Shown here one piece after another: positions 16,501 through 25,167 of a DNA stretch of 34,301 bases. Position 1 is the stretch's first letter. Each line of letters opens with the position of its first letter. The notes beneath the pieces are model-generated. The model saw only the letters and a list, made by a program, of their open reading frames with translations, had not been told where the DNA came from and ran no database searches. A program made the position numbers and the translations under genes. This stretch comes from a virus (lineage: Duplodnaviria > Caudoviricetes): positions 1 to 34,301 of IMG/VR virus record IMGVR_UViG_3300044513_003802. One strand, 5' to 3'.

Positions 16501-19147
16501 AGATGGAATCTATCATCTATATGTTATCAAAGCAGATAAATCCATTGAATCTGAGTACACTTATCTAAAGTATAGTCAGAATGTTGTCAATCTATTCCCA
16601 GAACTTGATAGAGATAACCCAGTAGACAATCCACCTTCTGCTAGATCATATGCAAAAAGAGATCCTATTGGCGAAGTTGTAACAAACGATCTATCCAGAA
16701 GTGTTACAAAAGAATCCATTGATACTTTCATTCAAGATTTCTCTGTTGGTTTTGGAATTACTAACGTTATTAGAGATAACACTGCTGGAATTGCGACCGT
16801 TTACTTTGATAGACAGCATGGTTTAGCAGGCATCGTTTCATGTACAGTTTCTGTTGCAGGTAATGGTTATGAACCAGAATCAGGGACTAAAACATATTAT
16901 AACGTTAAAGTATTCAATGATTCTGATTTAAATATCTGGAATGGTGCAACTGCCGAAGTCAAAGTTACTGGAGGATCTGTTGTAGGTGTTGATATTCAAT
17001 CAAGTGGTTCTTACTATACTGGTGGTTTCTATTATCTAGATGATGCTGTTTTAGGTATTAGTACAACAGGTCAACAGGCAACTATTAATGCTCAAGCAAA
17101 TCAATTACAATCTCCCGTTGGCAGTGTATTCCAGAGCACAGGTATTGGATCAATAACTGATGGTTACTTTGCAGTTGTTGGTGTTGGTACAACTAATGCC
17201 ATTTCAGTTGCTGTAACTTCCGGAGATCCCACAATTGCAGCAGGTCAATATATGCTGCAAGTTGGTCCAGTAGTAAATATTTCAACATCCACATTTGACA
17301 ACAATATTGTTACAATTACTTGCTCTTCTGCTCATGGATTAGTTTCTGGAAATCAATTTAGAATAGTTGATAACAGTAATAATAATCTTGGCGATTACTT
17401 TGTAAGTGAGCGTGTAGGAGTTAACACATTTACAATAAAGTCAACTGATGCAATACCAGGTGCTGCTGGAGGAAAAGTTTACAAGCACGGATTCTCCGCA
17501 AACAATGGTGTTTCTGGTTCAGGTAATGAAAATCTTGCAGTAAGATCTTTCTCACTGTTTGCAAATGAAACAGCAACACTGAATGAATCCTTAGTTGGTG
17601 TTAATACTTTCAGAATTGCAACTGCTGGAATCGCAACTGAGAACAGATTTAAGATTGGTGATTATATTCAAATTGATGAAGAGATCATGAGAATTTCTTC
17701 ACCTTTGGCAAAATCTACTAATGAATTATCTGTTATTCGTGGATACTTTGGCACCTTGAGTAAGGATCACCAACAGGGATCACTTATCAAGAAGATCAAG
17801 ATTCTTCCAATTGAATTTAGAAGACCATCTATCCAACGTGCATCTGGACATACATTCGAATATCTTGGATTTGGTCCTGGTAACTACTCAACTGGTTTAC
17901 CACAGGTACAGACGAGAACTCTGACTGAAACTGAAGATCTTCTTGCACAATCACAAGAAAGAGCATGTGGCATTGTTGTATACACTGGTATGAATGCCAA
18001 TGGTGATTTTTATATTGGTAACAAGAGAGTTTCTCCTTCTACTGGCGAGGAGAAAACATTCGACGCTCCAATTCCAACAATCACTGGCGAAGATCCATCT
18101 AGATTAAGTGTAATCTTTGACGAAATAATCGTTAAGGAAAGACTAAAAGTTGAAGGTGGTCAATCCAAACAGATTCTATCTCAGTTTGATGGACCAGTAT
18201 CATTTAATAATGATGTTAAAGTTGTTGGTTCTAGATTTGATTTGGTTGGTGGTGATCTAACCATTACCTCAGATACTGAATCTACTTCCACAGAAACTGG
18301 TGCTTTAGTCGTTGAAGGTGGAGTAGGCATTAGTGGCGCTTTAAATGTTGGTGGAAACATTAATGGATTAGGCAATCTTGTTATTTCCGGAACTGGTAGA
18401 TTTGGCGATGATGTTGTTATTTCTGGAACTACACAATCAGTCAATAAAGACACAGGTGCTTTAATTGTTGAAGGTGGAGTTGGAATTGAGAAGAACTTAA
18501 ATGTTGGTGGTTCCCTCGATATTGGCGGCAACTTTACTCTTGGTGGATCATTCACTGGTTCTAGTCTTAACATAACCAATAGTGTTATTGCTGGCGACTT
18601 TACAACAGGAAATATTAGAATAGCAGTTACTGATGATAATACCATTGATACAAGTACTGGTGATTTGAAATTGAATGCTGTTGGCAAGTTAAAACTTAAT
18701 AACAATACTGACATTTCTGGAGCATTAACTGTAACTGGTGATATTACAGCATTCTATACTTCTGATAGTAGATTGAAGAATAATGTTACACCTATTCCAA
18801 ATGCTCTAGATATGATGGATAGGATTTCTGGAAATACTTTCCTTTGGAATGAAGATTCTGAAAGGAGTGGTGAAGTTGATACTGGTGTTATTGCACAAGA
18901 AATTGCATCTCTTGGTCTTCCAGGACTTACAACAATTAGAGATAATGGATACTTTGCAGTTGATTATCAAAAGATTACTCCAATCTTAATTCAATCTATT
19001 AAAGAATTGAAATTAGAGGTAGAATCTCTTCGTTTGTTAGTTGACCGCCACATTGAAAAGGTTTCTTTAACTCAAATTGATCGAGTCGAAATGATGATGG
19101 AAGAGATTCTCTTAAAAATGACCAAATTTAATAATGACCAATCATAA
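13550..19147 (+). CDS. Large virion structural/tail-fibre protein with C-terminal peptidase S74 intramolecular chaperone
   Basis: Cyanomyophage-type N-terminus MPLNKLENFIKNTEGRILYVNP.DLDATD; repeated IT..T...H.L..G modules; SDSRLKNNV (from 18761)...GVIAQEI...VDYQKITPILIQSIKEL. Confidence 0.8.
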   Translation: MPLNKLENFIKNTEGRILYVNPNDLDATDSISNSGNSLTKPFKTIQRALIESARFSYVRGVSNDKNDQTTILLFPGEHIVDNRPGYGIVNENATAKAFRPSDGALTDALTEFDLNLESNFDLTQPDNLLYKFNSVYGGVVIPRGTSIVGLDLRKTKIRPKYVPNPTDPDVKRTAVFRITGNCYFWQLTFFDGNEQQTVYTDPTNSSEVAKPTFSHHKLTVFEYADGVNIPRDLNSIFDLTDLDMYYAKLSNAYNTGSVDKNIDFKYPDQPLSFAKERPEYEIVSAFATDPLRILNIFSGDGATPSSIITVETAVEHNLTTDTPVKIDGVGQPGSLSSIFNVSTKVQAVLSPTKFTYVIPSISPLLPASPEFTDALVTVETDSVKGGSPYVFNCSMRSVWGMNGLLADGIKSTGFRSMVTAQFTGVSLQKDDRAFIKYNESSRTYDSIAITKVTGDELATQSSSTNPDTVYHLDSGAIYRPGWDTRHISATNDGFVQIVSVFAIGFNIHFFAGAGGDNSITNSNSNFGQISLVSDGFKFAAFDKDDSAFVTAIIPPRSVSHNTSRQNIDWFPLDVGVTTSVGISSHLYLFGFNNIDDVPPIITQGFRVGAKVDDKLFVNFSNQTGYGISEASILMVDNAISSTGFTTAYGLTSSKKKLTITGAPTGLNGHTFTTASNHNFLTGESVRILSESGDIPENLTEHIVYYVIKVSNNQFRLASSPSNAVNDIFIRCYLGTDLYVESRISDKVAGDVGSPVQFDSSVGRWYIHVNENNDIYNSFNSIGVSGLGTSRSKTAFIRRFEDTRSLEDKIYKVRVVIPKETVNAKNPEDTFAIQESSSTNTSKLPVNSDFTITNIDSSNVDWKRNPRFISTCSASASAITVISEQSHGLKSGDTVIIEGVTSSDNPDAEDNIGFNGVFGVTNIIDDKTFTLPKTDNFGVFHTPTSFTNDTSQRTVFLPRLTKNNLQSNFYIYRKETITEFIKDIQDGIYHLYVIKADKSIESEYTYLKYSQNVVNLFPELDRDNPVDNPPSARSYAKRDPIGEVVTNDLSRSVTKESIDTFIQDFSVGFGITNVIRDNTAGIATVYFDRQHGLAGIVSCTVSVAGNGYEPESGTKTYYNVKVFNDSDLNIWNGATAEVKVTGGSVVGVDIQSSGSYYTGGFYYLDDAVLGISTTGQQATINAQANQLQSPVGSVFQSTGIGSITDGYFAVVGVGTTNAISVAVTSGDPTIAAGQYMLQVGPVVNISTSTFDNNIVTITCSSAHGLVSGNQFRIVDNSNNNLGDYFVSERVGVNTFTIKSTDAIPGAAGGKVYKHGFSANNGVSGSGNENLAVRSFSLFANETATLNESLVGVNTFRIATAGIATENRFKIGDYIQIDEEIMRISSPLAKSTNELSVIRGYFGTLSKDHQQGSLIKKIKILPIEFRRPSIQRASGHTFEYLGFGPGNYSTGLPQVQTRTLTETEDLLAQSQERACGIVVYTGMNANGDFYIGNKRVSPSTGEEKTFDAPIPTITGEDPSRLSVIFDEIIVKERLKVEGGQSKQILSQFDGPVSFNNDVKVVGSRFDLVGGDLTITSDTESTSTETGALVVEGGVGISGALNVGGNINGLGNLVISGTGRFGDDVVISGTTQSVNKDTGALIVEGGVGIEKNLNVGGSLDIGGNFTLGGSFTGSSLNITNSVIAGDFTTGNIRIAVTDDNTIDTSTGDLKLNAVGKLKLNNNTDISGALTVTGDITAFYTSDSRLKNNVTPIPNALDMMDRISGNTFLWNEDSERSGEVDTGVIAQEIASLGLPGLTTIRDNGYFAVDYQKITPILIQSIKELKLEVESLRLLVDRHIEKVSLTQIDRVEMMMEEILLKMTKFNNDQS
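18275..18511 (+). repeat. Intragenic fibre repeat (2 copies)
   Basis: TESTSTETGALVVEGGVGISGALNVGG and TQSVNKDTGALIVEGGVGIEKNLNVGG. Confidence 0.75.
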
Positions 19148-19153
19148 TAAATA
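19147..19153 (+). promoter_or_regulatory. Late promoter ATAAATA
   Basis: Intergenic, 15 nt before the ATG at 19169. Confidence 0.65.
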
Positions 19154-19168
19154 ATTTAAAAAAGGTAT

Positions 19169-21847
19169 ATGTCTAATTTCAAGAAGGCGTTCAGTTTCAG
19201 AAATGGCGTCCAAGTTGATACTGATAACTTTGTAGTTACAACTGCTGGTCTGGTTGGAATTGGGACAACTATACCGACAGAATACTTTCATGTTCTTGGA
19301 AATGCAAAGTTTGAAGATAATATCAATATTGGATCAGTTGTTGTTAATGGTATTGGTACTTTTGGACAAGTAAAACTTGGTGCTGCAATCACCATGAGTG
19401 CAGATAGTGGTATTATTACTGCTACTGCATTTTATGGTGATGGTGCCACACTGTCAAACTTACCAACATCCCAGTGGCAAGATGTTGATCCTGGATTAGG
19501 ATTTACTTCAATCTATGCTGTTGGAAACGTTGGTGTCGGGACAGATGATCCAACGGGAAATTATGTTTTCCAAGTAGGTTCAGATCCTTCCACAGATGAT
19601 CTTCTCCCTGGAGTTGGGATAGGATCTGATGGAAATGCACATTTCTCTGGGATTATTACTGCATTTGGTGGAGTAGATCTTGGTGGAAGTTCTAATATTG
19701 AAAGTTTAGTAGTAGATGCTGATGGTAGTCAAGGAATAAATGATGCATTTATCATAGGAAACAACAAGGTCAGAGTTCGTTCTGACGTTGGTAACCTATA
19801 TTCTCAAGGTTCGATCACTTTAGGAGTTGGATATCCATCCACATCTAGTGGTGTCGTTCTAAATCCAAATGGAACTTCACAGTTTAATGGATCAGTAACA
19901 ATTGATTCTGATGCAACAGTTACGGGATTAACAACTACTGGATCATTCTATTCTGCTGGTATCTCAACTTTTGCTGATAGTGTAGAAATAGTAGGAAATG
20001 CTGGTATTGGATCTCTTCGTGTTTCTGGTGTAACAACTTTTGGTCCCGGACTTGCTGGAGATGAGGGTGATATTGATTTCCAACATAATGGAGTAACTCG
20101 TGCCTATTGGGATAGTTCTGCTGGAGAGTTGAATTTTAAAGATGGTGATGGTATTACATTAGGAACTAACGAAGATTTCAGAATATCTTTCGACGGTGCC
20201 AATACATACCTAACAAATAGAAACACTAATGGTGCTTCAGACTTATACATCCAATCTGATGAAATTCTTCTCAGAAGATATAATGGTACGCAAACAATGG
20301 CTCAGTTTACTGAGAGTGGGCCTGTTAAGTTAAATTATAATGGATCCACTAAGATTCAAACTACAGCAGATGGAGTTCTTATTGGTGGTATTGTTGATGC
20401 TGGATCATTATATGTAACATCTAATATTGGTGTTGGTACAGATAATCCACAGAGCACTTTACAAGTTGAAGCAGATACAGATGCTAGATTGGATGTCATA
20501 ACAACTAATCCAGAATTCCCTGCAATTGTTTCTATTGGAACAGCAATTCTTGGAAATGAAAGAGGGGAACTAAAATATGAAGAAGGTGTTCTTAATATCA
20601 GTAACTATGATACTCGTGGAATTCGTATTAACATGAATGAGGGTACCAATGGTACTCAACAAGAGAATTTTGCTGTTGTTCTTGATGGGCAAGAGATCTT
20701 ATCTGTTAGTGGTGAGAGAAAAGTTGGTATCAATAAGGCACTTCCAGAAAAAGAATTAGATATTGTAGGTGAACTGCTTGTAACTGGAAATACTAATATT
20801 GTTGGAGTTGTTACTGTTGGTGTAGGAGCAAATCTATTTACTTTTGGTGATGGTAGTTCTCTCCCAATTCCAGAAACTCAGAACTTTAACACAGTTAGTG
20901 GAATCAGCACATTTAATAATTTAAATGTTGTTGAAAGTATTAGTATTGGAAAGACAGCTACTGTTGCTAGTGATATATTCATCTTTAGTAATGAACCTGG
21001 AGCAGATCCAAACTATCTTGGCATAAGAACTGATAGTACTACAGTTGCTGGAGTTGATTATGCACTAGCTTCTTTCGGAGAATCTATTTTCTATGGAGGT
21101 AGTTCTCACACAGATCATGTTCGGTTGACACAAGATGGTGCTCCAATAACAGATCCAAGACCTGATGCACCAGATCCATATAGTTTGATTGTACCACACT
21201 TAGACTTTGGATCTTTCCAAATAGAATCATCGGCATCAACATTTGTAAGTACGCAGTTCATGATTCTGCCATACAGAGTTGATGCAGCTCCTGGATATGG
21301 ACATACTCAATGGGGTGTTAAGTTCCTTGATGGTGATACTGGATACTTATCAGTTGTAGGTATCAATACTGCTTTCCCAAGATCTATTCTTGATGTTGGT
21401 GTTGCAACGCCAACAATGAATAGTTACTTTATTCCACCCTCGATGCCACAGGCAACGATTGATATTGTAACTGAACTATGGGATCCAAATGGAACTGAAA
21501 CTGGCAATGCTGGTCATGTTGAAGCAAAGAAAAAGACTCCGAATGGAATTGTTCCTGGTGCAATCCTTTATAACGAAACTTCAAATGAACTTGAAGTTGG
21601 TATTGGTCCAAAACAATTCGCTCCTCTAGGTGTACCTATTGGTGGAATTATCATGTGGTCTGGAACTATTGCAAATGTTCCTGCTGGTTATAAACTCTGT
21701 GATGGAACTAGCGGAACTCCAGATCTTAGAGATAAGTTTATCATAGGTGCAGGTAATAACTATGCTGTCGCTGATACAGTTGGGGTTACAACTTCTGCTG
21801 GAACCGATGCGTATGCATTAGCATATATTATGCGTACCAACGCTTGA
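19169..21847 (+). CDS. Tail fibre protein with C-terminal tail-collar-like domain
   Basis: VGIGTT.P/VGVGTD.P repeats, SGIITAT.FYGDG..LSNL, C-terminal PIGGIIMWSG..VPAGY.LCDG..GTPDLRDKFIIGAG...YALAYIM. Confidence 0.8.
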   Translation: MSNFKKAFSFRNGVQVDTDNFVVTTAGLVGIGTTIPTEYFHVLGNAKFEDNINIGSVVVNGIGTFGQVKLGAAITMSADSGIITATAFYGDGATLSNLPTSQWQDVDPGLGFTSIYAVGNVGVGTDDPTGNYVFQVGSDPSTDDLLPGVGIGSDGNAHFSGIITAFGGVDLGGSSNIESLVVDADGSQGINDAFIIGNNKVRVRSDVGNLYSQGSITLGVGYPSTSSGVVLNPNGTSQFNGSVTIDSDATVTGLTTTGSFYSAGISTFADSVEIVGNAGIGSLRVSGVTTFGPGLAGDEGDIDFQHNGVTRAYWDSSAGELNFKDGDGITLGTNEDFRISFDGANTYLTNRNTNGASDLYIQSDEILLRRYNGTQTMAQFTESGPVKLNYNGSTKIQTTADGVLIGGIVDAGSLYVTSNIGVGTDNPQSTLQVEADTDARLDVITTNPEFPAIVSIGTAILGNERGELKYEEGVLNISNYDTRGIRINMNEGTNGTQQENFAVVLDGQEILSVSGERKVGINKALPEKELDIVGELLVTGNTNIVGVVTVGVGANLFTFGDGSSLPIPETQNFNTVSGISTFNNLNVVESISIGKTATVASDIFIFSNEPGADPNYLGIRTDSTTVAGVDYALASFGESIFYGGSSHTDHVRLTQDGAPITDPRPDAPDPYSLIVPHLDFGSFQIESSASTFVSTQFMILPYRVDAAPGYGHTQWGVKFLDGDTGYLSVVGINTAFPRSILDVGVATPTMNSYFIPPSMPQATIDIVTELWDPNGTETGNAGHVEAKKKTPNGIVPGAILYNETSNELEVGIGPKQFAPLGVPIGGIIMWSGTIANVPAGYKLCDGTSGTPDLRDKFIIGAGNNYAVADTVGVTTSAGTDAYALAYIMRTNA

Positions 21848-21872
21848 CAAACCCCCTAAACCTTGCTAGAGT
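21844..21872 (+). promoter_or_regulatory. Sigma70-type promoter for the methyltransferase locus
   Basis: TTGACA (21844-21849), 17 nt, TAGAGT (21867-21872) preceded by TGn. Confidence 0.7.
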
Positions 21873-21910
21873 GCCTTTGTTAAGGTTAAAGAGACATCTC
21901 TAGCTTCATT

Positions 21911-23323
21911 ATGAAGATCTATTTGCAAACCTGCCGAGAGTGGAAAGAACTCTATGACCTCGGCAGGAGACGCTTTGGTTGTTTTGTGGGTTACACCTCA
22001 CAAGATGATGTTGAATTGAGGTTTGCCAATAGAGATTACTCTCACTTTATCTCTAAACCTCATGTTTATAAAGTATTTGATGTTCATCCCGAACTAACAG
22101 ATCACTTTATCCATAGTGAACTGGAGCATGTTGGGTTTCAAAAGTATAATAAAGTAAGTGAAGAAGGTCGATCTCCTGACTTTCTAGTATCTGATTATGA
22201 TGAATGTGAAGCACTAGAGACTATTGCTGGTGTTGTTCATCGTATGAGTGAGTTCTTCTATCAGTGTGAGAAAGATGGGACTCTCATTACTGCTAAGCAA
22301 CGTAAAGAAGCACGCAATAAGTGTCAAGATTATCACCGCCAAGTTCGCCCTGCATTGTTGAAAGCATGGGCACCTAACTTTGAGAATATCGATAAAGATG
22401 CTAGAATTCTTGTAACAGGTGATGCTCACGGTGGATTTACTCGTTTTCTTATTGATAATGGGTATGTAAATATCATTGTAGATGAAGAAATTCTTTCTCT
22501 TCCACCCGTATATAAAGAAAAGATTACTGTAGATATGAATCCCACTGGAAAGTTTGATGCCATCCTTACTAATCCTCCCTACAATGTTGGTAACAACCCC
22601 AACTATTACCTTCAGCATGTGAAAAAGCAGAAGGAATTGTTGAAGGATGGTGGACACTATCTCGTAATCATTCCTAATCGTTTCCTTGCTCCATTCTCTT
22701 TGGCAGCAAAGACTCTTCGTGGATGGTTGCGTTTCCATAAAGTATATCCAAGTTTGAATCACTTCTTCCCTGGTGTTGCTACTTCTATTGGTGGATTCTA
22801 TGCTACTAAAGAAGAGATGGAAGAGTTCAATGAGTGTGACTTTGAATATCTAAAAGAGGGTGTTACTATTCGCCAATCTCTAGAAACTGCCACTGCTATT
22901 GTTGATCCTTCTCTGATTCGTACTCAGATTATTAATAAGGTTCTTCGCTCTAAGTTTGATCGCCTGGTTGAAGGTGAGAGTGAGAACTTCTTGTATATTG
23001 ATAGTGTATGGGAACGATATCGTGAATCGACTCCAAAGGGTGGGGAGAAAACTATTATCTCTCGTGTGAATGAAACTAACATTCATGGCACCAAATGGGT
23101 GATGGATAGTGTGAAGCAGGCAGAGGATAATGCATGGTTCCTTTCTCGCTCTCGCCTGGGACGATTCGTTGCCTATTGTTTTGCAAATGCTGCACAAGTT
23201 AATCTTGGTATGATTCGCCAGATGCCCAAACTTGAAAGCATTGAACAAACTAATGAGTTCGTGTATAATCTCTTTGATATTACTGAAGAAGAGATTGCAC
23301 ACATCGAAACTTATATGCGATGA
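21911..23323 (+). CDS. Amino-DNA methyltransferase-like protein (NPPY, Eco57I-like) with N-terminal GIY-YIG/T5orf172-like region
   Basis: KFDAILTNPPY (NPPY 22571-22582), LLKDGGHYLVIIP.RF, F.GV.T; C-terminal TRD-like part ending LFDITEEEIAHIE; motif I degenerate (ILVTGDAHGGF). Confidence 0.75.
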   Translation: MKIYLQTCREWKELYDLGRRRFGCFVGYTSQDDVELRFANRDYSHFISKPHVYKVFDVHPELTDHFIHSELEHVGFQKYNKVSEEGRSPDFLVSDYDECEALETIAGVVHRMSEFFYQCEKDGTLITAKQRKEARNKCQDYHRQVRPALLKAWAPNFENIDKDARILVTGDAHGGFTRFLIDNGYVNIIVDEEILSLPPVYKEKITVDMNPTGKFDAILTNPPYNVGNNPNYYLQHVKKQKELLKDGGHYLVIIPNRFLAPFSLAAKTLRGWLRFHKVYPSLNHFFPGVATSIGGFYATKEEMEEFNECDFEYLKEGVTIRQSLETATAIVDPSLIRTQIINKVLRSKFDRLVEGESENFLYIDSVWERYRESTPKGGEKTIISRVNETNIHGTKWVMDSVKQAEDNAWFLSRSRLGRFVAYCFANAAQVNLGMIRQMPKLESIEQTNEFVYNLFDITEEEIAHIETYMR

Positions 23324-23730
23324 GTAAGAACAAACACAACGCTAATCTTGGATCTGAAATTGAAAGATCTAATGATAGAATCAATGAAACGGGAGAGGTG
23401 TTTACTCCCGTTGAGTTGGTTGAGTATGTTCTTCAAAACTTCCCGCAAGAGATGCTATCTAATCCAGAATCTACCTTTCTGGATAACTCTGCTGGGTGTG
23501 GTAATCTACTACTAGCACTCAAAGGTGTTCTTCTTAAATATCATTCTGAAGAACACATTCTCAACAATATGTTATATGCTGTTGAGTTTATGAAAGATAA
23601 TCATAAAGAGTTATGTCAGAAGTTGGGTGTTCCCTCAGATCATCCTCATTATGTTTGTGCTGATGCGTTAGAATATCACTATCAATTCAATGGAACACCA
23701 ACACAGATGACGTTGGACCAGTTTTTCTAG
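23320..23730 (+). CDS. Small SAM-binding DNA methyltransferase subunit lacking catalytic motif IV
   Basis: RINETGEVFTP (motif X), FLDNSAGCGNLL (motif I), LYAVEF, VCADAL; no NPPY/DPPY; ATGA overlap with the upstream gene. Confidence 0.8.
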   Translation: MSKNKHNANLGSEIERSNDRINETGEVFTPVELVEYVLQNFPQEMLSNPESTFLDNSAGCGNLLLALKGVLLKYHSEEHILNNMLYAVEFMKDNHKELCQKLGVPSDHPHYVCADALEYHYQFNGTPTQMTLDQFF

Positions 23731-23771
23731 TGGCACAGGGGGTTCCTTCGGGGATCCCTTTCTGCTATAAT
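23718..23771 (+). promoter_or_regulatory. Palindromic-box promoter
   Basis: CCAGT-N6-AGTGG-CACA; TATAAT at 23766-23771. Confidence 0.75.
23737..23761 (+). terminator. cUUCGg hairpin after the methyltransferase genes (possible terminator)
   Basis: AGGGGGTTCC-TTCG-GGGATCCCTT; short T tail and several G:U pairs. Confidence 0.5.
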
Positions 23772-23796
23772 AGTCCCATACGCGATGAGATCTTTG

Positions 23797-24966
23797 ATGC
23801 AACTCCGACCCCACCAGCAGGATGCTCTGACCGCCATGCTGGCACACGACAAGGGGCAGGTCATCATTCCTACGGGTGGTGGCAAAACCATGTGTATGAT
23901 CAAGGATTCTCTTGAGTATCTGGATGCCTGCGATCGTGGCATCGTGGTTGTGGTTGCTCCCCGTATTCTGCTTGCTGAGCAACTCTCTGCGGAGTTCCTT
24001 GAGTTTCACACTGATGTTGCTGTGATGCACGTTCACAGTGGTGAGACTCATCATTTCAGCAGCACTCGCCCTGCTATCATTCGTAACTGGAGTCAGCAAG
24101 CATACCGCAAGCAACTGATCTTCACCACCTATCATTCTCTGCCACGTCTGATGGAGGCAGACATCAACGTTGATTGTATTTACTTTGATGAAGCGCACAA
24201 TTCGGTCCAACGTAACTTTTTCCCTGCTACGGAGCACTTCGCTACTACTACTGGGCGCTGCTATTTCTTCACTGCTACTCCTAAGCATTCTCTCACTGTT
24301 TCCAAACCTGGGATGAATGATCCTGAGGTTTATGGGCAGGTAATCTGCAATGTTCCTGCGCCTAAGTTGGTTCAGGAAGGTTACATCCTGCCGCCTAAGG
24401 TTGTTGTGAAGCAACTGGATATGGTTCAGGACAAGCAGATGATTGCCGATCGTGACTCCCAGAACCTGTTGGACACCATCGATGACAATGATCTGGGTAA
24501 GATCATGATTGCTGCTCGTTCCACCAAGCAGATCATCAAACTGCTGGGTGAATCTGACTTCCGCGAGCAACTTGCCGAGCGTGGTTACTCCTGCATGTAT
24601 ATCACCAGCAAGACTGGTGCCATCATCGATGGGCAGAAGGTAGATCGTGAGTATTTCTTTGATACTCTCAACGCCTGGGGCAAAGATCCCTCTAAGAAGT
24701 TCGTGGTGCTCCATCACAGCATCCTGAGCGAGGGTATCAACGTGAGCGGGTTGGAAGCGGTTCTCTTCATGCGGAACATGGATTACATCGGAATCTCCCA
24801 GAGCATCGGGCGTGTGATCCGTCTGGGAGGCGCTGCAAAGACCTTTGGACTGGTGTGTGTGCCTGTTTACGATAAGGTGGGCATCAGCACCGCACGGAGC
24901 GTTCAGGCGGTGGTAGACACCGTTTTCAATCAGGGTCTCCCTGCTGTTTCAATTGTTAGGAAATAA
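23797..24966 (+). CDS. SF2 DEAH-box helicase (type III Res/UvsW-like), no nuclease domain
   Basis: LRPHQ, PTGGGKT, DEAH, TATP, LSEGINV, QSIGRVIR; alternative start at 23785. Confidence 0.9.
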   Translation: MQLRPHQQDALTAMLAHDKGQVIIPTGGGKTMCMIKDSLEYLDACDRGIVVVVAPRILLAEQLSAEFLEFHTDVAVMHVHSGETHHFSSTRPAIIRNWSQQAYRKQLIFTTYHSLPRLMEADINVDCIYFDEAHNSVQRNFFPATEHFATTTGRCYFFTATPKHSLTVSKPGMNDPEVYGQVICNVPAPKLVQEGYILPPKVVVKQLDMVQDKQMIADRDSQNLLDTIDDNDLGKIMIAARSTKQIIKLLGESDFREQLAERGYSCMYITSKTGAIIDGQKVDREYFFDTLNAWGKDPSKKFVVLHHSILSEGINVSGLEAVLFMRNMDYIGISQSIGRVIRLGGAAKTFGLVCVPVYDKVGISTARSVQAVVDTVFNQGLPAVSIVRK

Positions 24967-25026
24967 TTAGGTTTCCTCCCTTTTCCAATTTTTTGTTCTA
25001 TAATACACACAGAAAGGAACCACACC

Positions 25027-25167
25027 ATGAAGTGCAAAGTTCAACTCTACGTTGCTGGTAAAGTTTTCGATGAGGTTGTTCACGCTCGTGACTATCAAGA
25101 AGCAAAGCAAGTTGCTCTTGCTCGCAATCCTAATGCTAAGGTAATTGGTGTTACTGCCGTATTCTAA
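25027..25167 (+). CDS. Small protein (46 aa; missing from ORF track)
   Basis: MKCKVQLYVAGKVFDEVVHARDYQEAKQVALARNPNAKVIGVTAVF; TATAAT at 24999-25004 and AAGGA upstream. Confidence 0.8.
   Translation: MKCKVQLYVAGKVFDEVVHARDYQEAKQVALARNPNAKVIGVTAVF

Noticed and set aside
18275-18511. Fibre repeats as a DGR template/variable pair
   Set aside because: Both copies are in-frame protein repeats with general divergence, not adenine-specific; no reverse transcriptase in the window.
13717-18714. Several minus-strand ORFs (60-177 aa) within the 1865-aa gene
   Set aside because: Codon-bias shadows with no recognisable motifs.
22214-23302. Minus-strand ORFs of 182 and 140 aa inside the methyltransferase gene
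   Set aside because: Fully antisense to a motif-bearing gene; composition typical of shadow frames.
23730-23915. 61-aa plus-strand alternative ORF over the helicase start
   Set aside because: Runs through the promoter and hairpin and overlaps the helicase out of frame; no supporting RBS.
23668-24717. 349-aa minus-strand ORF opposite the helicase
   Set aside because: Antisense shadow of a GC-richer gene that avoids TTA/CTA/TCA; no motifs, and all credible genes are on the + strand.
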